Of a DNA stretch of 64,000 bases, positions 8,977 to 19,141 are shown one piece after another. Source of the stretch: Escherichia coli (GTDB lineage Bacteria; Pseudomonadota; Gammaproteobacteria; Enterobacterales; Enterobacteriaceae); the NCBI RefSeq assembly GCF_051903065.1, contig NZ_CP178438.1. One strand, 5' to 3'. Both the position numbers and the translations under genes were made by a program. The notes below the pieces were generated by a model. The model was not told where the DNA came from, ran no database searches, and was given only the letters and a program-made list of their open reading frames with translations. Numbering within the stretch: position 1 is the first letter of the stretch; each line of letters opens with the position of its first letter.

Positions 8977-9554
8977 TGGTTTATCCCCGCTGGCGCGGGG
9001 AACTCGTACTGACGGATAAAAATAATACCTTTTGCGGCGGTTTATCCCCGCTGGCGCGGGGAACTCGTCAACGTTTTTCATGTGGGCATGAGTTGGGGCG
9101 GTTTATCCCCGCTGGCGCGGGGAACTCTATTCGGCCTCGTGCTGGTCGTGACAAAATACCGGTTTATCCCCGCTAGCGCGGGGAACTCTGGCGATATTGC
9201 CTACCGCAACAAAGAAAATACGGTTTATCCCCGCTAGCGCGGGGAACTCATCCACGAATCCAGTGCAAATGAGTTTGTTGGCGGTTTATCCCCGCTAGCG
9301 CGGGGAACTCATTGTGACTACCACCGATAACCCCGCAACCACCGGTTTATCCCCGCTAGCGCGGGGAACTCCTGCATTCGCCTGCGGTTATCAGATCGCT
9401 AAACGGTTTATCCCCGCTAGCGCGGGGAACTCGCTGCCATTACTTCCCGCCAGCGTTGCTCTGGCGGTTTATCCCCGCTAGCGCGGGGAACTCGCAGAGA
9501 ATCGTTCGATTGCCCCTACATCTTCCGGTTTATCCCCGCTGGCGCGGGGAACTC
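8977..9554 (-). CRISPR. CRISPR array, type I-E (E. coli-type) repeats, 10 repeats / 9 spacers
   Basis: 29-bp repeat cggtttatccccgctggcgcggggaactc (reverse complement of GAGTTCCCCGCGCCAGCGGGGATAAACCG) with an exact 61-bp period; nine 32-bp spacers at 9006, 9067, 9128, 9189, 9250, 9311, 9372, 9433, 9494; the first repeat has t instead of c at its first base. Confidence 0.97.
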
Positions 9555-9760
9555 TCTAAACATAACCTATTATTAATTAATGATTTTTTAAGCCAGTCAC
9601 AATCTACCAACTTTACAGTATCACACAAACAACACATCCATTATGTTAAAGAGCGCTTAATCCATTGATTAAAAAGGTAAATATTTAAAATAACTCTATA
9701 CAAACTAAAATCTACCAAACTTTACCGCAATAATTTTCACTCCAACGAAAAATTAACGCC
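9555..9760 (-). promoter_or_regulatory. CRISPR leader (AT-rich, contains the array promoter and integration signals)
   Basis: The sequence abutting repeat 10 (reverse complement ...ATAATAGGTTATGTTTAGA) matches the conserved E. coli leader-repeat junction as I recall it; AT-rich tract; the far boundary is approximate. Confidence 0.7.
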
Positions 9761-9892
9761 ACAGAATTTGTAGAGAATGATAATGATTAGTCCAGGATGG
9801 GCAAAATGGAGGTTTTTCAGAGGCGACAAAGAATATAAATGAGTAGAAGTCTTTACAGGTTCCACCCATTTATAACGCTTATAAAAGTTTAA

Positions 9893-10564
9893 TCAGGCAA
9901 TATTTAGATATTTATGTGTTTGCATCGACAAACGCCAATTACGCGCAATGCAGATTTCAATGCACAATCGTGTGGCATCATCCTTTTGGCTAATCGGCTG
10001 CAGTGCAATGACTCGCGGTTTATCATCGGTCAGCGTTGCCAATAGTTCATCCAGTGCTTCAATATCGCGTACGCGCCCCACTGGATGCTTGATTTCGTTG
10101 GCTCGCTCCAGTGCCTGTGACAACACTTCATAGCCGCCGCGCATGTTCAGCTTTGGCGATACGGTAACCCAGGTATTCGGTGTGCAGCGTACCTCATGAG
10201 TACCACTGGTTTCGATCTGGCAGCTAAAACCGTTCTTTTCGAGCAGATCAGTCAGTGGTAGCAAATCATGAATGCAAGGCTCACCACCCGTAATCACCAC
10301 ATGCCGCGCGGTGTATCCCTGGCGACTAATGACAGCCAACAAGTCTTCACTGCTCGCCGCCCCCCACTTATCACTCTCTTTGGTCTTCGCCAGAATGCTG
10401 AAAAGGGAGACTTCCCGATCCTCAAGCTTTTCCCAGGTGTGTTTGGTGTCGCACCAGGCACAGCCAACCGGGCATCCCTGTAAACGAATAAAAATGGCGG
10501 GGACGCCGGTAAAGTAACCCTCACCTTGCAGGGTCTGGAACATCTCGTTAATCGGGTACTGCAT
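9893..10564 (-). CDS. queE: 7-carboxy-7-deazaguanine synthase (radical SAM)
   Basis: 223 aa, MQYPINEMFQTLQGEGYFTGVPAIFIRLQGCPVGCAWCDTKHTW with the CxxxCxxC radical-SAM cluster motif. Confidence 0.9.
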   Translation of the reverse strand: MQYPINEMFQTLQGEGYFTGVPAIFIRLQGCPVGCAWCDTKHTWEKLEDREVSLFSILAKTKESDKWGAASSEDLLAVISRQGYTARHVVITGGEPCIHDLLPLTDLLEKNGFSCQIETSGTHEVRCTPNTWVTVSPKLNMRGGYEVLSQALERANEIKHPVGRVRDIEALDELLATLTDDKPRVIALQPISQKDDATRLCIEICIARNWRLSMQTHKYLNIA

Positions 10565-10736
10565 AGCATTCTCTGTGAAGTGGATAATTGTTAATTATTG
10601 CAGATCCTGCCACAACAATCATGTCTTATTAACATTCTGTTACAGGCAGGCTTATGGCAAAAAGTGGATTAGATCATAAAGAATAAAATGAAGCAGTGTA
10701 TTATGTTTTAAGGAATTAATTAAAAGGGATTTAAAC

Positions 10737-11339
10737 ATGCTCAGAATATGCATCGTAATTATATTTATTTTCAATTTATCAGGCTGTGGATATAACGATA
10801 TTCAAACCTATGATGAGCAGGTTAACGCCTCCTGGTCTGAGGTATTAAATCAATATCAACGTCGCGCCGATCTTATTCCTAATCTTGTCGCCAGTATTAA
10901 AGGTTATTCCAACCATGAAAAAGACGTTTTGGAAGCCGTAACATTGGCTCGTAGCCAGGCTAATCGCGCCAGCAGCGATCTTCAGCAAGCTCCCGGAGAT
11001 GCACAAAAATTACAAGCCTGGCAACAGGCCCAGGCGCAGGTGACTCGCACTCTCGGTCAGTTAACGATAATTAGTGAGCGTTACCCTGAGTTAAAGGCTC
11101 AAGAGCTCTATCAAAACTTAATGGTACAGCTCGAAGGAAGTGAAAATAGAATTGCCGTTGCGCGAGGAAGATATATTAAAGCCATTGAACAATATAATGT
11201 CACTATCCGCAAATTCCCCGCTGTATTAACCGCAAAGGTCATGGATTACACACCAAAGAAAAATTATTTGCCGGATGATGTCACCGCAGTAAGTAAAGCC
11301 CCAACAATAGATTTTAGCCAGAATGCTAATGCTCATTAA
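10737..11339 (+). CDS. LemA-family lipoprotein
   Basis: 200 aa; N-terminal lipobox (LSGC); LemA-type core (...QRRADLIPNLVASIKGYSNHEKDVLEAVTLAR...); RBS aaaaggga upstream; AT-rich codon usage. Confidence 0.85.
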   Translation: MLRICIVIIFIFNLSGCGYNDIQTYDEQVNASWSEVLNQYQRRADLIPNLVASIKGYSNHEKDVLEAVTLARSQANRASSDLQQAPGDAQKLQAWQQAQAQVTRTLGQLTIISERYPELKAQELYQNLMVQLEGSENRIAVARGRYIKAIEQYNVTIRKFPAVLTAKVMDYTPKKNYLPDDVTAVSKAPTIDFSQNANAH

Positions 11340-11352
11340 GCGGGGAACTTCT

Positions 11353-12246
11353 ATGCGAAATTTTATCTTCCTTATGGCTTTCTTCTGTTCATCTGTGTTT
11401 GCCACACAAATTCCAGTACCTGAATCCCCCAAGTATGTGAATGACTTAACCGGCACATTAACAAACAGCGAAGTAAACACCCTGACCAACCAGATTAAAG
11501 CCCTGACGCAAAAAAACCACGCACAGTTGGTCGTGTTAGTGGTTGATACAACAGGCGATGAAACCATCGAGCAGTACGCAACGCGGGTATTCGATAGCTG
11601 GAAACCGGGTGATAAAGACCGCGATGATGGCGTTCTACTGTTAGTCGCCTGGCAGGATCATACCGTGCGTATTGAAATCGGTTACGGGCTGGAAGGTATT
11701 ATTACGGATGCACAGTCCGGGAAAATTATTCGCAACAGTATTATTCCTGCATTTAAAAAAGGCGACCTGGCTGGCGGTTTACAAAAGGGGATCAGCGATA
11801 TTGAAAGTCGTCTTACGGGGAATAATTTAGCAACGATAACACCGACCGATCACCCTTTGCCCTTTAGCGGTTGGTGGGCATTGTTAGTCTGGGCGATAGT
11901 ACTGACATTTATTTCTGCCAGAGGATATATCAAAACGCTGGGAGTAATTTGCTTCGCAGCTATTGTACTGGCCTTTGTTTTACCTATAGCAGGCTTCAGC
12001 GGAAGCTGGGGAGTACTCGCAACATTACTCTGCTTCGCCACACCGTTCCTGGCTGTCGCCATCGCTTTTACCCCCTTCGGCAAAAAAGTTCGGGATTTGA
12101 TGCGTGATGTCAACCAGCCATCACGCCATACAAGAAGCAATTCTTCCTCCCACTATTCATCATCGTCATCCTCTTCATTCAACAATGACAATTTCAGCGG
12201 TGGTGGCGGTTCATCTGGTGGCGGTGGCGCTTCCGGGCGCTGGTAA
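11353..12246 (+). CDS. TPM-domain (YgcG-like) membrane protein, paralog 1
   Basis: Signal peptide MRNFIFLMAFFCSSVFA, TPM/phosphatase-like domain (...VLVVDTTGDETIEQYATRVFDSWKPGDKDRDDGVLLLVAW...), C-terminal TM helices, Gly/Ser-rich tail ending SGRW. Confidence 0.85.
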   Translation: MRNFIFLMAFFCSSVFATQIPVPESPKYVNDLTGTLTNSEVNTLTNQIKALTQKNHAQLVVLVVDTTGDETIEQYATRVFDSWKPGDKDRDDGVLLLVAWQDHTVRIEIGYGLEGIITDAQSGKIIRNSIIPAFKKGDLAGGLQKGISDIESRLTGNNLATITPTDHPLPFSGWWALLVWAIVLTFISARGYIKTLGVICFAAIVLAFVLPIAGFSGSWGVLATLLCFATPFLAVAIAFTPFGKKVRDLMRDVNQPSRHTRSNSSSHYSSSSSSSFNNDNFSGGGGSSGGGGASGRW

Positions 12247-12260
12247 CAAAAGGAATTGAT

Positions 12261-13409
12261 ATGCGTATTTTTCTCTTACTTCTGATGCTATGCAGTTTTC
12301 AGGTATTCGCTGAACGATTGCCTTCAGTGAATGACTTAACCGGGACATTAACGACAGAAGAACAAAGTGTTTTAAATCAACAATTAAAGACTCTCGAGCA
12401 GCAAAACCACTTCCAGGTGGCCGTGTTAGTTACGCCAACCACAGGGGGCAAAAACATTAAACTTGCAGCCTCGCAGAGCTACGGGTTATATCACTGGAAA
12501 CCCATTGGAGAGAAGCGATACGGCGAAGGTATCTTAATTCTCGTCGTTTGGCCGGAAGGGCTGGCGTCAATGAAGATTGGACATGGACTGGAAGAGATGT
12601 TGCCGCCGGAACAAGCTGCGCAAATTGTTCGTTACCATATGCAGCCAGAATTCGAAAAAAACAATCTCTTTGCTGGATTAACGGGCGGAATTGAAAGCAT
12701 CGCACAGTTTACCCATATCAAAGCGAACCTTAGCCCTTTGGATGCTTTAGCCAATCATCTGTTTGCTAATCCGCAACGTTCGCTGCCATGTCTTGCCTGG
12801 ACACTGCTGATGATCGTTGCCATCGTTGTCCTCTGGCGATTTGCCAGCCGCCCACGGCGTGGCATATGGATGATATCGATGATTACCCCTATGGTCTGGT
12901 TTTTCTCCTTTCAGGACGATGTCATCATTCGGCGGGTATCGGTCGTTTGTTTTAGTTTATTGTTAGCAACAACCTGCAAGCAGCGTCTCGCGGTAGTTTT
13001 TAATATGTGCCGCGTATTTCCTATGATGCTGACCCCAAAAAATAAAAACTCTAAAGTGAAAAAACAAAAGAAGACTCCGCAGGTTCGTGAATCAGGACGA
13101 AATTCATTGTTTGTCGTGATGCTAATAATTATTGTGGGATGGTGCCTGGTGTTCGCCAGTAATAAAAATATTGCATTCATCTCAACAATTATTGGGTTAA
13201 TTGATCATTTTATCGGCCCAATAACCATTGCTGGCATCGTTCTGCTGATCATTGTGGCCAAATTTACTGGCAATCTTAAGCTGGGGTCAGGAGAAAAAAG
13301 CAACAGGAAAACGGGGAATCGTAATGCTCACTCTCGCTCTTCGTCGAGAAATTCTTTCCGCGGTGGTGGCGGTTCTTCAGGAGGCGGCGGTTCATCCGGC
13401 CGTTGGTGA
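12261..13409 (+). CDS. TPM-domain (YgcG-like) membrane protein, divergent paralog 2 with extended membrane region
   Basis: Signal peptide MRIFLLLLMLCSFQVFA, TPM domain, extra hydrophobic and Lys-rich segments, tail ...GGGGSSGGGGSSGRW. Confidence 0.8.
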   Translation: MRIFLLLLMLCSFQVFAERLPSVNDLTGTLTTEEQSVLNQQLKTLEQQNHFQVAVLVTPTTGGKNIKLAASQSYGLYHWKPIGEKRYGEGILILVVWPEGLASMKIGHGLEEMLPPEQAAQIVRYHMQPEFEKNNLFAGLTGGIESIAQFTHIKANLSPLDALANHLFANPQRSLPCLAWTLLMIVAIVVLWRFASRPRRGIWMISMITPMVWFFSFQDDVIIRRVSVVCFSLLLATTCKQRLAVVFNMCRVFPMMLTPKNKNSKVKKQKKTPQVRESGRNSLFVVMLIIIVGWCLVFASNKNIAFISTIIGLIDHFIGPITIAGIVLLIIVAKFTGNLKLGSGEKSNRKTGNRNAHSRSSSRNSFRGGGGSSGGGGSSGRW

Positions 13410-13414
13410 TCGTA

Positions 13415-14308
13415 ATGCGCTTAATCTTTATTCTATTCACTTTGTGGTGCCTTCCTGGGCTTGCCCAGCAAATTGCTGTGCCGGAACTGCGCCAACAGGT
13501 GACCGATATTACTGGTACGTTAAGCACTTCTGAACAACAATCACTGACACAGCAACTGCAGGATATTACACATAAAACACGGGCGCAGGTCGCTGTATTA
13601 GTAGTGCCGTCCACCGGAGACGATTCCATTGAACAATATGCAACACGCGTTTTTGATAGCTGGAAACTGGGAGATAAGCAGAGAAACGATGGTATTTTAC
13701 TTCTGGTTGCCTGGGAGGATCATGCTGTTCGTATTGAGGTTGGCTACGGGCTGGAAGGGATGGTTACCGACCTGCAAGCGGCGAAAATTATCAGGGATAT
13801 ATTGATCCCTGCCTTCAAAAGTGATGACCTGATGGGTGGATTAACACTGGCAAGCGAAAATATCGGCGCGCTTCTGTTGAATGGTGAATTATCGGAAGAC
13901 AAGGGGGATTATTACAGTATCAATCCCCCTATTCCATTATCGCTTGCTGTAATTATATTGCTGGCGGTACTTTCATATTTTATTGTTTTTACCGATCCGT
14001 CGAATTTACCCTGGATCACTCTCACTGGCGCCATTTACGGGATGGTATTCCTCTATGTTGCCGAGCCAGGACCATGGACCAATTTAATCGTTGCCTGCGG
14101 TATGTTAACACCTTTTGCGATCGTGACGCTGGTTATTTTTTGGCTTATCGTTAATAAAAAGCTACGCGCCAAATACAAAAAACTCAGTAAAGAAAGAGCT
14201 TCAAGAAAAGGTTCTTCTTCATCCTCTTCCGGTGGAGGCTCAAGTGGCGGCGGATTTAGCGGCGGGGGCGGTTCTTCTGGCGGTGGCGGCGCGTCCGGTC
14301 GCTGGTAA
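13415..14308 (+). CDS. TPM-domain (YgcG-like) membrane protein, paralog 3 (likely the counterpart of K-12 ygcG)
   Basis: Signal peptide, TPM domain closely similar to paralog 1 (...SIEQYATRVFDSWKLGDKQRNDGILLLVAWEDHAVRIEVGYGLEG...), tail ...GGGGSSGGGGASGRW; start could also be 13403, overlapping the upstream stop. Confidence 0.85.
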   Translation: MRLIFILFTLWCLPGLAQQIAVPELRQQVTDITGTLSTSEQQSLTQQLQDITHKTRAQVAVLVVPSTGDDSIEQYATRVFDSWKLGDKQRNDGILLLVAWEDHAVRIEVGYGLEGMVTDLQAAKIIRDILIPAFKSDDLMGGLTLASENIGALLLNGELSEDKGDYYSINPPIPLSLAVIILLAVLSYFIVFTDPSNLPWITLTGAIYGMVFLYVAEPGPWTNLIVACGMLTPFAIVTLVIFWLIVNKKLRAKYKKLSKERASRKGSSSSSSGGGSSGGGFSGGGGSSGGGGASGRW

Positions 14309-14321
14309 CTCAACCATAAAA

Positions 14322-14350
14322 AACGCCAGCCCGGAGGCTGGCATTTTTAA
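14322..14350. terminator. Bidirectional intrinsic terminator between the TPM cluster and eno
   Basis: Hairpin gccagcc-cggag-ggctggc flanked by an A-run upstream and a T-run downstream, between convergent genes. Confidence 0.6.
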
Positions 14351-14367
14351 ATCAGATAAAGTCAGTC

Positions 14368-15681
<1,314 letters not shown>

Positions 15682-15753
15682 TCACTAGTTAAACTGAAAC
15701 TCCAGACAAACAACGCGTACCCAGGGTACGCGTTGCCGTTCTAACTTTTTTAC

Positions 15754-17406
<1,653 letters not shown>

Positions 17407-17618
17407 TTAGGTTGAAAAGACGATGGAATAACCAGGACGGGAAAGCAGTATACCCGAACATGACCTGTGCCACAAACTTTCATTATCCCTCCTCTTCGCC
17501 AGCGCACTATTGAAATCAGGAGTGAGAAAATAGCCCCTTTGGGGTAAATGTTTTTGACGCAAATCAAGCGCTTGTCATTTAAAAAATGACACAAATGGCG
17601 CTTGACCGCGTAATTCCC

Positions 17619-18410
17619 TTAGAGATCAATTTCCTGCCGTTTTACCTGTTGCCAGACTTCTTCCATTGTTTCGAGGTCAACACCTGTCATTTCCAGTCCA
17701 CGCGCGGCAACAATACGCTCCACTTCGCGAAAACGACGCTCGAATTTTTCGTTCGCTTTTTGCAATGCGATTTCTGCTTTCGTCCCTAAATGGCGAGCCA
17801 GATTAACCGTGGCAAACAGCAGGTCGCCCATTTCCTCCTCCAGTTTAGCCTGGTCGATAACAGCCTGCCGTGCCTCGTACATCACCTCGTCGATCTCTTC
17901 GTAGACTTTATCGACTACCGGACCAAGCGTCGTCCAGTCGAAGCCAACGTTGGCGCAACGTTTCTGGATTTTTTGCGCACGCATTAAAGCCGGTAAACTA
18001 CGAGGAATATCGTCCAGCGCCGAATGCTGCGCTTTCTGCGCGCGCTCTTCGGTTTTGATTTGCTCCCAACGGGCAAGCACTTCACTACTGTTTTCGGCAG
18101 AACTGTCAGCAAAAACATGCGGATGGCGACGCTCTAATTTATCGCTAATAGCAGCGCAAATATCATTAAAGTCAAAGCGCCCTTCTTCCTGAGCCATTTG
18201 CGCGTAAAACACCACCTGGAATAGCAGATCGCCCAGTTCACCGCGCAGATCGTCAAAATCTTCACGGGCGATGGCGTCCAGCACTTCGTAGGTTTCTTCA
18301 AGGGTGTAAGGCGCAATGGTGGCAAATGTCTGCTCTTTATCCCACGGGCAGCCGTTTTCCGGATCGCGCAGGCGCTGCATAATAGTGAGCAAACGGTCGA
18401 TTTGATTCAT
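17619..18410 (-). CDS. mazG: Nucleoside triphosphate pyrophosphohydrolase MazG
   Basis: 263 aa with tandem MazG domains; immediately downstream of mazEF. Confidence 0.93.
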   Translation of the reverse strand: MNQIDRLLTIMQRLRDPENGCPWDKEQTFATIAPYTLEETYEVLDAIAREDFDDLRGELGDLLFQVVFYAQMAQEEGRFDFNDICAAISDKLERRHPHVFADSSAENSSEVLARWEQIKTEERAQKAQHSALDDIPRSLPALMRAQKIQKRCANVGFDWTTLGPVVDKVYEEIDEVMYEARQAVIDQAKLEEEMGDLLFATVNLARHLGTKAEIALQKANEKFERRFREVERIVAARGLEMTGVDLETMEEVWQQVKRQEIDL

Positions 18411-18480
18411 TAGAATGTCCTGAAAATTGCGGGTCCGTCAGGTGGAAACCTGTGACCAGAATAGAAGTGAGTTAGTAACA

Positions 18481-18816
18481 CTACCCAATCAGTACGTTAA
18501 TTTTGGCTTTAATGAGTTGTAATTCCTCTGGGGCAACCGTTCCTTTCTTCGTTGCTCCTCTTGCCCGCCAGGCGATACTTTTTACCTGATCAGCTAACGC
18601 TACGCCATCACGTTCCTGACCGGATAAAACAACTTCGAACGGATATCCTTTTGATTGCGTTGTACAAGGAACACACAGACACATACCTGTTTTGTTGTTG
18701 TACATGAACGGACTCAGGACAACAGCCGGACGATGTCCGGCTTGCTCGCTACCTTTTGTCGGGTCAAAATCAACCCAAATCAGATCGCCCATATCGGGTA
18801 CGTATCGGCTTACCAT
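18481..18816 (-). CDS. mazF: Toxin MazF (mRNA interferase, ACA-specific endoribonuclease)
   Basis: 111 aa, [66 protein letters not shown]... Confidence 0.97.
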   Translation of the reverse strand: MVSRYVPDMGDLIWVDFDPTKGSEQAGHRPAVVLSPFMYNNKTGMCLCVPCTTQSKGYPFEVVLSGQERDGVALADQVKSIAWRARGATKKGTVAPEELQLIKAKINVLIG

Positions 18817-19064
18817 TACCAGACTTCCTTATCTTTCGGCTCTCCCCAGTCGATATTCTCGTGGAGGTTTTCCGGCGTGATGTCGTTGACCAGTTCAGCA
18901 AGCGTAAATACGGGCTCTTTACGCACTGGCTCAATAATTAATTTGCCATCCACCAGGTCAATCTTCACTTCATCATCAATATTCAGATTGAGCGCCTGCA
19001 TTAACGTAGCCGGGATCCGCACCGCCGGTGAATTTCCCCAACGCTTTACGCTACTGTGGATCAT
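18816..19064 (-). CDS. mazE: Antitoxin MazE
   Basis: 82 aa, [82 protein letters not shown]; 1-nt overlap with the mazF start. Confidence 0.97.
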
Positions 19065-19141
19065 AACCCTTTCCTCAAACCGCTATCATATGTAGATACA
19101 GTATATATCAATCTACATTGTAGATACGAGCAAGTTTCGGC
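19065..19141 (-). promoter_or_regulatory. mazEF promoter region with palindromic operator
   Basis: Inverted repeats in atgtagatacagtatatatcaatctacattgtagatac directly upstream of mazE; consistent with the described MazE/MazF-bound alternating palindrome. Confidence 0.6.

Noticed and set aside
8973-9668. Small ORFs (67 and 70 aa) spanning the CRISPR array
   Set aside because: Their repetitive peptides (VYPRWRGEL...) are translations of the CRISPR repeats.
11339-11348. 10-mer gcggggaact, identical to part of the CRISPR repeat, at the lemA/TPM junction
   Set aside because: A single 10-mer match with no flanking repeat similarity is expected by chance in 64 kb on two strands; not a solo repeat.
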